From a virus (taxonomy: Duplodnaviria; Caudoviricetes), in IMG/VR virus record IMGVR_UViG_2811995239_000002, positions 25,265 through 89,264 of that record: DNA of 64,000 bases; one strand, 5' to 3'. The translations under genes and the position numbers were made by a program. The notes under the pieces are model-generated. The model saw only the letters and a program-made list of their open reading frames with translations, was not told the origin of the DNA and did not search any database. The number at the start of each line of letters is the position of its first letter. Position 1 is the first letter of the stretch. Below are positions 1 through 9,427 of this stretch, piece after piece.

Positions 1-96
1 CCGCTTCATGACTTCACATCGCATGGCGCTGACAGCTTCCGTTATTTCGCAGTGACGAAGAACAACCGCAAGCAGGTCGGCACAGTATTCTTCTAA
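1..96 (+). CDS. Terminase large subunit, C-terminal fragment
   Basis: Frame 1 reads PLHDFTSHGADSFRYFAV...FF*, the P.HD..SH.AD.FRY TerL nuclease-end motif, directly before the portal. Confidence 0.8.
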   Translation, partial: PLHDFTSHGADSFRYFAVTKNNRKQVGTVFF

Positions 97-108
97 GGAG
101 CATCGCCA

Positions 109-1578
109 GTGAGCGAACAAGATAACGGCCTTCAACTGGCTGTGAACAACCTCGCCACTGAAATGAGGCGAGCGAATTACCTGAACGCAATCGGCATCGG
201 TGGCGGGAACACGAAGCGCCCAACGCTTTACCAGGAATTTGGCTACCCGCGCACGATCACCTTCAACGACTTCTACAACATGTACCGCCGCAATGCCGCT
301 GGCTTCGCTGTGGTTCATCGTCTGCTGGATGGTTGCTGGCAGGATTACCCGGTCATAGTAGACGGTGATGAAGCGCAGGAAGCGGAGAAAACAAACGCCT
401 GGGAAAAGAAAGTCACCAAGTTCATGAAGAAGCTGTGGCCGAAGGTGAAGGATGCCGATCGCCGCAATATGGTTGGGCGTTACTCAGCGCTCCTGCTACA
501 GGTGAAAGACAATCGGAACTGGGATCAGGAAGTCGACACGGCTTTAGTAAAACGACTCGGCGAGTCAGCACTGGTAAAGCTTATCCCGGTATGGGAGCCG
601 CAGTTAACTGTCGCCGAATGGGATAACGACCGTCAGTCTGAAACGTTCAGCCAGCCGAAGATGTTCAACTTCAACGAGCAGCCGGTTGGTGATGAGCCTT
701 TTGTCGGTCCGATGCGCGGCGAACCGGTGCACCCGAGCCGCGTCATCCTGTTCTGTGAAGGATCTGAAGACGACAACGTCCTGTCTGGCATCCCGTTGCT
801 GGAGGCTGGCTACAACAAGGGCCTCGACCTTGAGAAAGTATCTGGCGGTGGCGCTGAGGGCTTCCTGAAGAACGCCAGCCGTCAGATTGCCGTCGAATTT
901 AGCAAAGAAACCGACATGGATACGCTTGCAGACCAGGCAAAAAAGGCAGGCTATGCCGATCTCGGCGAAGCGATGGGCGATAAGGTCAACAAGCTTAACC
1001 GTGGTACCGATGCGGCGGCAGTAATGCAGGCCGGGCAGATGCGCGTTCTGAGCGTTACGCCCGGCGACCCGGGGCCGACGTGGGAAGTCACCGCGAACGA
1101 ACTGGCCGCCTCCGTACAGATACCATTCACCATCTTGTTCGGTCAGCAGACCGGGCGACTGGCGAGCGATGAGGACAAAGCTGACTGGGCTATCCGTCGC
1201 AACACGCGTCGTAATGGCTTCCTGACAGACCGGATCACTGCGCTGCTGGAACGCTTCTGGACGCTTGGGATTATCGACCCACCGACAAAAGGCGAGGTCA
1301 CCATCTCGTGGAGCGACCTGCTGGCACCCGGCGAGAAAGAGAAAATCGAAAACGCTTCGAAACTTGCCGACATCGTCCAGAAAACCACGCCTTACTATGG
1401 CGGCGACGCGCCGTTTACGGCAAATGAGCTGCGCGAAGTTGTTGGGCTTGACCCGCTACCGGAGCCAAAAGAACCACCAAAACCGGACGATAAGGTGACT
1501 ACCGATGATCCACTGGCCGATGACACCAGAACAGACGGCAAAGGTGGGGCTGCCGATCGTTCCGCGCAGCAAGGTTGA
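109..1578 (+). CDS. Portal protein (DUF1073-like)
   Basis: 489 aa after TerL, GTG start with AAGGAG RBS, VHPSRVI and IPFTILFGQQTG motifs. Confidence 0.85.
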   Translation: MSEQDNGLQLAVNNLATEMRRANYLNAIGIGGGNTKRPTLYQEFGYPRTITFNDFYNMYRRNAAGFAVVHRLLDGCWQDYPVIVDGDEAQEAEKTNAWEKKVTKFMKKLWPKVKDADRRNMVGRYSALLLQVKDNRNWDQEVDTALVKRLGESALVKLIPVWEPQLTVAEWDNDRQSETFSQPKMFNFNEQPVGDEPFVGPMRGEPVHPSRVILFCEGSEDDNVLSGIPLLEAGYNKGLDLEKVSGGGAEGFLKNASRQIAVEFSKETDMDTLADQAKKAGYADLGEAMGDKVNKLNRGTDAAAVMQAGQMRVLSVTPGDPGPTWEVTANELAASVQIPFTILFGQQTGRLASDEDKADWAIRRNTRRNGFLTDRITALLERFWTLGIIDPPTKGEVTISWSDLLAPGEKEKIENASKLADIVQKTTPYYGGDAPFTANELREVVGLDPLPEPKEPPKPDDKVTTDDPLADDTRTDGKGGAADRSAQQG

Positions 1579-2512
1579 CCCGACCCGATCGGCAAAGCAG
1601 GTCACCGCGATGTACCGGGATATCGAGGAGCGGTATCTCGGCATCAAGCGCGCGCTGAAAACTCTGTTCGACCAGCGCCTGACCGGACGAGATCGAGAGG
1701 TAAACAGCCATAACTGGCACTTCCTTTGCCACGACCACGGCGCGGACATGCGGCTCTACCAGGTCAACGCCGGCAAGTTCATCTACGACATGTCCGCGCT
1801 GGAACTGGCTGACCTGCTGGAGGCGGTGCAGTCGATTCTGGATGATTACCTGCTTGATGGTGGCGAGCAAAACCTCTGGGCGATGGATTACGTCGTCGCA
1901 GAAGCGCAGCGCGGCACGCTGGAGGCATTCAACAACCTCTCACAGCAGTCGCAGGTGTATGCCAGCCAGACGACGCTACAGCAGCTTTTAAGCAGTCCCG
2001 GACATCTTAACCAGGTGGCGTCGGCCAGGCTGACCACGTTCAGCGACTGGAAGGTTATCAGCGACACCGTCCGCGGCGATTTAACCAATATCATCACTGA
2101 CGCAGTAGCGCGCGGGGTTAATCCTCGCGAGACGGCCAGCGTTATCAGCAAGCGCCTAGATGTGTCGATGTCGAAGGCAAAGACCATCGCTCAGACTGAG
2201 CAGGTCGGCGCGCTGCGGCAGGCACAATGGAACGAAACCGACTGGGCCGCTGATCGGCTGGGGCTTAACACTGGACTGCTGTGGCTGTCAGCGCTCAAGC
2301 CTACGACGCGCACCTGGCACGCCAGCCGACACGGCAAGGTCTACACCACCGAAGAGGTGCGGTACTTCTACGCTGAGAACGGTAACCGGTACAACTGCTA
2401 CTGCAGCCAGATTCCAGTCCTGCTCAACGACGACGGCAGCATCTTCAATGAGGGGTTGGCGGATAAGCTGAAAAAAGAGCGTCAGCAGTGGGCAACCAAG
2501 GAGGCTGCGTGA
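1520..2512 (+). CDS. Head morphogenesis protein (SPP1 gp7 / Mu gpF-like)
   Basis: IAQTEQ, TR.WH..RHG and NCYC motifs; position after portal; start chosen at ATG 1520. Confidence 0.8.
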   Translation: MTPEQTAKVGLPIVPRSKVDPTRSAKQVTAMYRDIEERYLGIKRALKTLFDQRLTGRDREVNSHNWHFLCHDHGADMRLYQVNAGKFIYDMSALELADLLEAVQSILDDYLLDGGEQNLWAMDYVVAEAQRGTLEAFNNLSQQSQVYASQTTLQQLLSSPGHLNQVASARLTTFSDWKVISDTVRGDLTNIITDAVARGVNPRETASVISKRLDVSMSKAKTIAQTEQVGALRQAQWNETDWAADRLGLNTGLLWLSALKPTTRTWHASRHGKVYTTEEVRYFYAENGNRYNCYCSQIPVLLNDDGSIFNEGLADKLKKERQQWATKEAA

Positions 2513-2619
2513 CTATTTATTGGCGCTGTTGTTGCGGACGTACCGTGAGCTACCAGTGCGTAACTGCACTGGACTATTTCCCCTGGTGCTGTAGAGCGCC
2601 AATGTTACGAAAAATCTAA
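2509..2619 (+). CDS. Small Cys-rich protein, 36 aa (MTIYWRCCCGRTVSYQCVTALDYFPWCCRAPMLRKI)
   Basis: GTGA start/stop overlap with the upstream gene, AAGGAGG RBS, fills the intergenic gap; below the ORF-track cutoff. Confidence 0.55.
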   Translation: MTIYWRCCCGRTVSYQCVTALDYFPWCCRAPMLRKI

Positions 2620-2633
2620 ACAGAGGACGCAAC

Positions 2634-4004
2634 GTGAAGCTATCCAGCATCCACGTTAAATCCCTCGCCATCAACGCCTCCAACATCTCAACGACCACCA
2701 TCAACGGCCAGGAACACTACGTCATTCGTGGTGCAGTCCCGATCGTCGATGACATCGTGATGAATGGTGGCCTGTACCCGGCGGAGGAGATTAACAACAG
2801 CTACCAGACGATGGAAGGCAAGCTGATGCCTCTCCCGCATCCGATGGTAGATGGCAAATATGTCAGCGCCAATGACCCTCGAGCTATTAACGCATTCCAC
2901 GTAGGCGCATGGGCTCAGAACGTCAGTAAGGCTGGTGATAGGACGGTAACTGACGTCTATATCAACAAAGCGGTTGCAGAGACAAAGCCAGACGGCAAGC
3001 GCCTGATTAATCGCCTAGATGAGATGATCGACGGCACCAACACAGACCCGATTCACCTGTCTACCGGGTTGCTCACCAACAAAGAGAAGAAGTCTGGTGA
3101 ATCGAAGGGCAAGAAGTACTCATGGATTGCCCGCAACATGCAGTTCGACCACATCGCCATTCTGCTGGACGAGCCGGGGGCCGGGACGCCGGAAGAGGGT
3201 GTCGGCATGTTCGTGAACGCTGACGGTCAGGAGGGAGAAGTCGAAACCGCCAGTCTCATCGACGCGGCAAACAGCATGAAAGACGGCTGGTGGAACAAAG
3301 TGAAGTTCTTCATCAGCAACGCTTCAGAGATGTCATTCGACGACATCTACCAGGCGCTGCGCATGTCCATCAAGCAGGACGACAAAAAGTGGCGATACGT
3401 CGTCAGCGTCTGGCCTGACCATTTCGTTTACGAAGAGGATGGTGAAAACGCCAAGCCGAAGCTCTTCGACCAGAAGTACCTCATCTCTGACAAGGTAGTA
3501 ACGCTTGTTGGCGATCCAGTAGAAGTCGTGCGCAAACCAACTGAGTACGAAGTCAAAACCAACGGAGAAGAAAACCCGATGAAAGAGAAGATGATCGCCG
3601 CGCTCAATGCCGCAGGCGTTAAAACCGAGGGGCTGACCGACGATCAGGTCTGGGATGCCTACAACCAGCAGATGCAGAAGAAAGATGGCGGCGGCGACCC
3701 GGGCCAGGCTCAGATTAACTCTGACGCGATTACTGCTGCAGTAAATCAGGCGCTGAAGCCGCTTACCGATGAAATCAGCACGCTGAAATCTCAGCTGCAG
3801 GCGAACGCTGAAAGCGACCTGAAAACCAAACGTGACGCGGTTAAAGCGAAATTCTCGTTCATGACCGAAGCGGCGATCAACTCGCTGGCTGGCGATGCGC
3901 TGAACGACTTGTACTCACAGTGCCAGACCAGCACCGGTCTGAACCCTGCATTCCAGGGGAATGGCGCTCAGAGTGAAATCCTTAACATGGAGGCACCTGA
4001 ATAA
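2634..4004 (+). CDS. Prohead protease/scaffold (DUF2213-like)
   Basis: HP and DHIAILLDEPGAG motifs, helical scaffold-like C-terminus, position before decoration and capsid genes. Confidence 0.8.
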   Translation: MKLSSIHVKSLAINASNISTTTINGQEHYVIRGAVPIVDDIVMNGGLYPAEEINNSYQTMEGKLMPLPHPMVDGKYVSANDPRAINAFHVGAWAQNVSKAGDRTVTDVYINKAVAETKPDGKRLINRLDEMIDGTNTDPIHLSTGLLTNKEKKSGESKGKKYSWIARNMQFDHIAILLDEPGAGTPEEGVGMFVNADGQEGEVETASLIDAANSMKDGWWNKVKFFISNASEMSFDDIYQALRMSIKQDDKKWRYVVSVWPDHFVYEEDGENAKPKLFDQKYLISDKVVTLVGDPVEVVRKPTEYEVKTNGEENPMKEKMIAALNAAGVKTEGLTDDQVWDAYNQQMQKKDGGGDPGQAQINSDAITAAVNQALKPLTDEISTLKSQLQANAESDLKTKRDAVKAKFSFMTEAAINSLAGDALNDLYSQCQTSTGLNPAFQGNGAQSEILNMEAPE

Positions 4005-4465
4005 TGGCTCTCGCTCCTCGTTTCCATACCGTAATCGCGGGTCCGGCCCGTAAGAATGACCCGCAGGTCATTGAAGCAATCATGGCGGCGGCCGTGAAAC
4101 CCGGCTCACTGGTGATGCTAGACAGCACCGGGAAACTGGCGGTTCACAATGTCGCTGGTGGTGCAGGCGTTGCTCTGGCTCTTCAGCACAACTATATCGG
4201 CGGTGGTGACATTCGCGACTCGGTTCCAGCAGGTGATACCGGCGCGGCCATCATGTGCGAAGACGATGTGGATTACCACATGCTGGTCAAAGCAGGCGAA
4301 GTGTTGCTGGAAAACGAAGGTCTGGTTTCTGCCGGTGACGGCACGCTGGCCAAGTCAACCACGCCAGCCACCGACCAGGTCCTCTTTTATTCACGCGAAA
4401 AAATCACCGTTGGCGCTGAAGCTCAGCTCGTGAAAGTTCGCAAATCAGGGAAAGCAACCGCATGA
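4004..4465 (+). CDS. Head decoration/cement protein
   Basis: 153 aa Gly/Ala-rich beta protein between protease and capsid. Confidence 0.65.
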   Translation: MALAPRFHTVIAGPARKNDPQVIEAIMAAAVKPGSLVMLDSTGKLAVHNVAGGAGVALALQHNYIGGGDIRDSVPAGDTGAAIMCEDDVDYHMLVKAGEVLLENEGLVSAGDGTLAKSTTPATDQVLFYSREKITVGAEAQLVKVRKSGKATA

Positions 4466-5517
4466 GCATGATCGTATTCAACAAAAAGCTGGTTACTGAA
4501 TATAACCAGGTAAAGCAGGCGTGGAATCAGCTGCTGATGCAGCGTGAGTCCTTCAACATCAACCAGAACACTATTTCCGCCCAGTATGGCGGCGCGCTGG
4601 AAGTTAACCAGGCAGCGCTGATCTCCAAAGACTACTGGCGTGAAGTGGACAACATCACCACCCGAGTCTTCCGTAATGACGAAGGCAACGGCCTGTTGGA
4701 TGATTTGCTCGGTCTCGGCACGCCGATCTCTATCGGCAAGACAGCGGCGCTGTACCGCGTTTCCAGTGACGCTGGCAAGGTTCATCGCTCACTGACGGGC
4801 CACGTACCGGAAGAGCTGGATAAAGTCATCTACGACGAAGCTGGTGACCCAATCCCGATCTTCAACACTGGCTACAGCCGCGAGTGGCGCGAGTGGAACG
4901 GCATGCAGTCGGAAAACCTCGATGCTATGGCCGACGACCAGGAAGCGCACGTTGCCGCTATCCGCGAGGATATGGCCGACTATATGCTCTCCGGTGACGC
5001 CAAAGTGAAAGTGAAGGGCTACGTCGGCGCTGGTATTACCAACCACGCCAACACCAACCAGGTGGATCTGAGTGCGTCTGGTCTGAATATCGACCTGACA
5101 ACCTCTACTCCAGATGAGTCAGTAGCGTTCTTCACTGGCCCGTTCGCGAAACTGCTGGACGATAACTTCGTGCAGGAAAAGGTCAAACTGTGGGCATCCC
5201 CAGCCATCATGCGCAACCTGAACCGACCATATTCCAATGCGGCCGGCTTCAAGGAAGGTACCGTGCTGGAATACATCCTGCGCTACGGCCGCATTGAGTC
5301 GTTTAACCAGACCTTTAAGCTGACCGGTAACCATTTCATCGCGTACGTGCGCAACTCACAGTACATCAAGACGCGCATCGCCGCGCCGGTGGGAACCTTC
5401 ATGATCCAGCGCCAGAATCCGTTCGACAACTACAACACCCTGGTCTGGAGTGCTGTCGGTCTGCAGATTAAGCGCGACTTCAACGGTCGTTCAAAAGTGT
5501 TCAACGCACAGGGTTAA
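4462..5517 (+). CDS. Major capsid protein
   Basis: 351 aa, highly biased codons, followed by a terminator, canonical position. Confidence 0.85.
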   Translation: MSMIVFNKKLVTEYNQVKQAWNQLLMQRESFNINQNTISAQYGGALEVNQAALISKDYWREVDNITTRVFRNDEGNGLLDDLLGLGTPISIGKTAALYRVSSDAGKVHRSLTGHVPEELDKVIYDEAGDPIPIFNTGYSREWREWNGMQSENLDAMADDQEAHVAAIREDMADYMLSGDAKVKVKGYVGAGITNHANTNQVDLSASGLNIDLTTSTPDESVAFFTGPFAKLLDDNFVQEKVKLWASPAIMRNLNRPYSNAAGFKEGTVLEYILRYGRIESFNQTFKLTGNHFIAYVRNSQYIKTRIAAPVGTFMIQRQNPFDNYNTLVWSAVGLQIKRDFNGRSKVFNAQG

Positions 5518-5538
5518 GGGGCTTCGGCCCCTTTTCTT
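5517..5538 (+). terminator. Intrinsic terminator after the capsid gene
   Basis: AGGGGC-TTCG-GCCCCT hairpin followed by TTTCTT. Confidence 0.8.
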
Positions 5539-5549
5539 CAGGAGAGAGC

Positions 5550-5822
5550 ATGAAAAAGTTAAAAGTCGAGAAAACCGGATGCTGGGGCACGATTGATGGT
5601 GTGTTCCAGCAACTGCCGGTAGGCCATGAGTTCGTTGCTGTGGATATCCCTCCAGCGTTCTCTGGCCGGGTGTCAGTCGTCGGTGAAGTCGATAAGCAGG
5701 CGCTTGAAGTTGCCACTCCGGGCAATACTCCTGCAGAGCAGGCAGAGCAGGCAGAGCAGGCAGAGCAGGCAGAGCAGGCAGAGCAGGCAGACACCTCCGC
5801 TAAATCGAAAAAGGCGAAATAA
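5550..5822 (+). CDS. Small head-associated protein with (AEQ)6 tract
   Basis: AGGAGAG RBS, position after the capsid gene. Confidence 0.7.
   Translation: MKKLKVEKTGCWGTIDGVFQQLPVGHEFVAVDIPPAFSGRVSVVGEVDKQALEVATPGNTPAEQAEQAEQAEQAEQAEQADTSAKSKKAK
5733..5791 (+). repeat. 9-bp in-frame tandem repeat (GCAGAGCAG) x6 plus a partial copy
   Basis: Direct reading of the sequence. Confidence 0.95.
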
Positions 5823-5824
5823 CC

Positions 5825-6205
5825 ATGGCTGACCCAATCACAGCGGCAGACGTGCAGGCGTTCCTCGGTGAATTGGGTTACTCCATCCCGGGCGCGCTGC
5901 TGGATCCGATTCTCTGCGTGGTGAACAAGATTATCCCGTGTCTCGATGGCGCGGGGTATGACGAGTGCACCTCGAAGCTGATCCTGATGTACGCCGCCGC
6001 GCTTATGGCTACGTCGTCCGGGGCTCGCCGCATCAAATCACAGGGTGCGCCGTCTGGCGCGTCCCGCTCGTTTGAATATGGCGACGACAGCATCACCTGG
6101 CTGCGCGACTCGCTGGCCAGGCTCGATACCAACGGATGCACCAGTGAGTTACCGATTAGCGCTGGTAACAGTGTCGGCCTGTTCATGGTGGTGGGAGGTT
6201 GCTAA
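5825..6205 (+). CDS. Putative head-tail adaptor
   Basis: 126 aa, synteny, GASRSFEY motif. Confidence 0.6.
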   Translation: MADPITAADVQAFLGELGYSIPGALLDPILCVVNKIIPCLDGAGYDECTSKLILMYAAALMATSSGARRIKSQGAPSGASRSFEYGDDSITWLRDSLARLDTNGCTSELPISAGNSVGLFMVVGGC

Positions 6206-6480
6206 TGCTTGAAGCAAAACAAATTGCCGATCTGCTGAACCAGTTATTCGAGATAGACCCAGCGGCGGCGGCTGACCTAGCCAATCACCGGGTGGTATGC
6301 AACGACGCATTTCTCGGTAGCGACATTCCCTTTGTCTGCTCGCAGTCACGAGATGGCGTTATCACCATGGGGCTGGTCGGGTTCGTGAATGCCATGGCTA
6401 AGCCAGGAACAGGCTACGCAGCAGCCATGTATGACGATGCCAATCATCTCACTGGTTTTACCGTCGTAGGTGCTGAGTGA
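6205..6480 (+). CDS. Hypothetical phage protein
   Basis: TAATG overlap with the upstream gene, GGAGG RBS. Confidence 0.6.
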   Translation: MLEAKQIADLLNQLFEIDPAAAADLANHRVVCNDAFLGSDIPFVCSQSRDGVITMGLVGFVNAMAKPGTGYAAAMYDDANHLTGFTVVGAE

Positions 6481-6650
6481 TGACGTACAAATCAGTTAAG
6501 CACGGCCTGCCGCGTTCGTTCACCCGCGTCTGGGTGATGACCGACACCGGGCGTGAGACAACCGGCTACGTGAAATCGAATGGTGAATGGCATATCAACT
6601 GTGAGCGTATCCGGGCGACCGGCGCGAAAGTGCTGAGGTGGAAGGAGTGA
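6480..6650 (+). CDS. Small phage protein, 56 aa (MTYKSVKHGLPRSFTRVWV...VLRWKE), DUF551-like
   Basis: TGATG overlap; LP..vwv..W motif pattern; below the ORF-track cutoff. Confidence 0.6.
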   Translation: MTYKSVKHGLPRSFTRVWVMTDTGRETTGYVKSNGEWHINCERIRATGAKVLRWKE

Positions 6651-6753
6651 GAGTTGGTGTATAAAAAGCCAGCAAATGGTAAAATTAACGAGCCGGGGAA
6701 TGCGTCAACATTGCCACCGGCTCTAACCATCATTACCTATTGCGGAGGTAACT

Positions 6754-7422
6754 ATGGCTCATCAAATCTTAAGCCATCAGCACCATAATGCGCCATCTTA
6801 TAATGGCGTTGCAGGCGTCTATCAGATTACCAACACCATCACTGGTGAGGCGTATATCGGCTCTACGGTTAACATTTCAGGACGGTGGGCGAGTCATCGC
6901 TATAAGCTGCGGAAAGGCACGCATGGAAACAGAAACCTTCAGGAGTCATGGAATAAACATGGCAAAGGGGTCTTTGATTTCTCCGTTCTGGAAGTAGTGA
7001 GTAATAAGTCAGAGCTTATTGCCGCCGAGCAGCGATTCTTTCGCGAATTAAACCCGACTTTCAACATCGCGCCAAACGCAGGAAGCTGTCTCGGAGTTAT
7101 TCATACCGAAGAATCAAAGGCGAATATGGCGGAAAGCCGCAGGGGAGAAAAGAACTGCTGGTTCGGAAAAGTACCGACCTGTGCAGGTATGAGCAGCCAG
7201 CCTGAAGTCAAAGCTAAAATATCAGCCAAGAATTCAGGCGCTGGCAACCCTATGTTCGGTGTTACCCCGCCACACGCCAAGTTTACCGATGAGCAGGTGC
7301 GCGAAATTCGTCGCGCCATTTCAGATGGTGATTCTCTTACCACTATCGCCAAAAGATATGGCGTCTCAAAGGCTAATATTGCCCATATCCGGCAGGGTCG
7401 GTCATATGCGAGGGTAATCTAA
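6754..7422 (+). CDS. Free-standing GIY-YIG homing endonuclease with NUMOD3-like repeats and C-terminal HTH
   Basis: GVYQI...YIGS motif, HTEESKANMAES and KISAKNSG..NPMFG repeats, GGAGG RBS. Confidence 0.85.
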   Translation: MAHQILSHQHHNAPSYNGVAGVYQITNTITGEAYIGSTVNISGRWASHRYKLRKGTHGNRNLQESWNKHGKGVFDFSVLEVVSNKSELIAAEQRFFRELNPTFNIAPNAGSCLGVIHTEESKANMAESRRGEKNCWFGKVPTCAGMSSQPEVKAKISAKNSGAGNPMFGVTPPHAKFTDEQVREIRRAISDGDSLTTIAKRYGVSKANIAHIRQGRSYARVI

Positions 7423-7772
7423 TGTCGGCAACAGCTTCGTGGTCATACACCGCCACGGCGACCATCTGGCGAAAGCTGGAAGGTAATGACGAATACGGCG
7501 ATCCGCTGGGCTATGCCGAACCTGAGCAAATCCTCTGCGATTACGAGGGCGGGCTCAGTAAGAAGTTAGCCAGCCTGGGCGCTGAAATCGTCGTTAAGAA
7601 CACCGTCTGGACAGAGTTCGCGCTGGCGGCCACGGGTGATTACCTGCTGATTGGCGTGTCAGCCGAAGCTGACCCGGTTGTGGCCGGTGCCGACGAGGTG
7701 CGTCAGGTTATTCGCTATGCCGACACGTTCGAGCGCCTAGTGGATGATTACGCAATCCTGACGGGAGTGTAG
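7422..7772 (+). CDS. Putative head closure protein
   Basis: Synteny; DEYGDP motif. Confidence 0.6.
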   Translation: MSATASWSYTATATIWRKLEGNDEYGDPLGYAEPEQILCDYEGGLSKKLASLGAEIVVKNTVWTEFALAATGDYLLIGVSAEADPVVAGADEVRQVIRYADTFERLVDDYAILTGV

Positions 7773-7774
7773 CC

Positions 7775-8143
7775 ATGGGCATTAAAGTGAAGGGCATTAG
7801 CCAGGCGAAGAAAAACCTTAATGCTCTGGTTGGTGATATTCAGGGGAGAAAGGTCGTTAGAGCCATGCAATCAGCTTTGATTATCGGCGGATCTCAGGCG
7901 GCGCTCTATACCCCGATCGATACATCAACCCTCATAAATAGCCAGTTCCGCGAGATTACTGTAAATGGCAATCGCGTGACGGGCCGGGTGGGCTATTCAG
8001 CTAACTATGCTGCATACGTCCATGACCCAAGCGTACCTCAGAACTTCCGCCGGGCGACGGCCAGGAAGGAGTTTTTAACCAAAGGGTTTGAAGACACGCA
8101 GCGACAGATTGATGCTGTGATCGCCAAGGAAATGTCTTTATGA
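7775..8143 (+). CDS. HK97 gp10-like tail completion/neck protein
   Basis: TPIDTSTL..S and YAAYVHD motifs. Confidence 0.75.
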   Translation: MGIKVKGISQAKKNLNALVGDIQGRKVVRAMQSALIIGGSQAALYTPIDTSTLINSQFREITVNGNRVTGRVGYSANYAAYVHDPSVPQNFRRATARKEFLTKGFEDTQRQIDAVIAKEMSL

Positions 8144-8523
8144 ATCCTCCTATGTATCAGCGAGTCAGGAACATGTTTGGCGATGCCGGTCTTACTAACG
8201 GTTTCCTGGTTCAGCTTCTTAATTTCAATGACCCGAATGACCTTTCGAAAGCGATTATGGTGTTCAGACCAAATGGCGGAACCCCCATCAGAAATGACCT
8301 CGGGAACGATAATTATGTCCTGGTCGATGTGATTGGTGCAAAGGACAAAAACCAGGCGGCGGCAACGGCAGCTCAGTCAATCCTTGATTACGTTCAGGCA
8401 AATCCTCACGCAGACGAATGCGTGGGTAAGATCGAAAACATGGGCGCTTACCCAACTCCGGTGACGACGGAGGAGGGGAGGATTGTCCTGAGATTACAGT
8501 TTTCCTGCACTTTCGGGGACTGA
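8140..8523 (+). CDS. Putative tail terminator
   Basis: 127 aa immediately before the major tail gene. Confidence 0.6.
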   Translation: MNPPMYQRVRNMFGDAGLTNGFLVQLLNFNDPNDLSKAIMVFRPNGGTPIRNDLGNDNYVLVDVIGAKDKNQAAATAAQSILDYVQANPHADECVGKIENMGAYPTPVTTEEGRIVLRLQFSCTFGD

Positions 8524-8540
8524 AGAAAAATCATCAACAC

Positions 8541-8568
8541 AAGGTCGCCATCTGGCGGCCTTTTTTTA
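8541..8568 (+). terminator. Intrinsic terminator
   Basis: AAGGTCGCCA-TC-TGGCGGCCTT hairpin followed by a T run. Confidence 0.75.
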
Positions 8569-8587
8569 TACATAAAAGAGGTCAAAG

Positions 8588-9367
8588 ATGGCTAATTGCC
8601 AAAACTCCAACGAAAGGGTATTCGGCTCGGCAACAGTGCTGGAGCTGGCCTATGGTTGCCCAGATGCGCGGCCTACAGAAGACGACTGGAAGGCTCTCGG
8701 TGCGGGAACCAGTAAGGGCCTGGATTTCGCTCCAAACTCGGTCACTTCTGACGCAGACGATACTGCTGGATGGGTAGAAAACATCATCACGAACGCAGAC
8801 GCGACAATCAGTTTTGATGGTGAAGTGCGTAAGCACGACAAGCTGGACCAGTTCGGCTATGGCAATCTGGTGAAGTACTTTACTGATGAGATCAATGCCA
8901 AGCGCCAGCCGACGCTGTGGGCACGTATCGCTATCGGTCCAATCGAATTCTCGGGCTATATGGTGATTTCTAACCTTACGCCAGCAGATGGCGGAAGTAA
9001 CGACATCATCACGTTTACCGTTGAGTTCAAAGTATCTGATGGCACTACTGTTCAGGTTGTAAATACGGACGCTACGCCTTCAACTCCTTTGGCATTCTCC
9101 AAAGATCTGCCAGCGACTAAAGCTGCCGATGCAGACAACGACGTCGTTCTTGATGTTGATGTAACAGGCGGTCGCCCTACATACAGCTACAAATGGTTCC
9201 TTGGCAGTACTCAGATCGACTCAACTGCAAACCCTACGGCGGCAACAGCCACGCTCTTGCTGCTTGGTGTTACAACCGCATCGAGTGGTAGCTATCGCTG
9301 TGAGGCCACGGATAGCGACGGAAATAAAATCACCTCAACAACCTGCGTGCTCACTGTTACTGCATAG
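8588..9367 (+). CDS. Major tail tube protein with C-terminal Ig-like domain
   Basis: Tail-tube-like N-terminus; YSYKW...SGSYRCEATD Ig motif. Confidence 0.8.
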   Translation: MANCQNSNERVFGSATVLELAYGCPDARPTEDDWKALGAGTSKGLDFAPNSVTSDADDTAGWVENIITNADATISFDGEVRKHDKLDQFGYGNLVKYFTDEINAKRQPTLWARIAIGPIEFSGYMVISNLTPADGGSNDIITFTVEFKVSDGTTVQVVNTDATPSTPLAFSKDLPATKAADADNDVVLDVDVTGGRPTYSYKWFLGSTQIDSTANPTAATATLLLLGVTTASSGSYRCEATDSDGNKITSTTCVLTVTA

Positions 9368-9427
9368 CGAACATTACAAAGGCTGTCGGCTGGCAGCCTT
9401 GATAATGACCGTTTATCAGGAAACACC

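Noticed and set aside
5501-5832. (SAC)n and (SRQ)n ORFs
   Set aside because: Shadow frames of the 9-bp repeat
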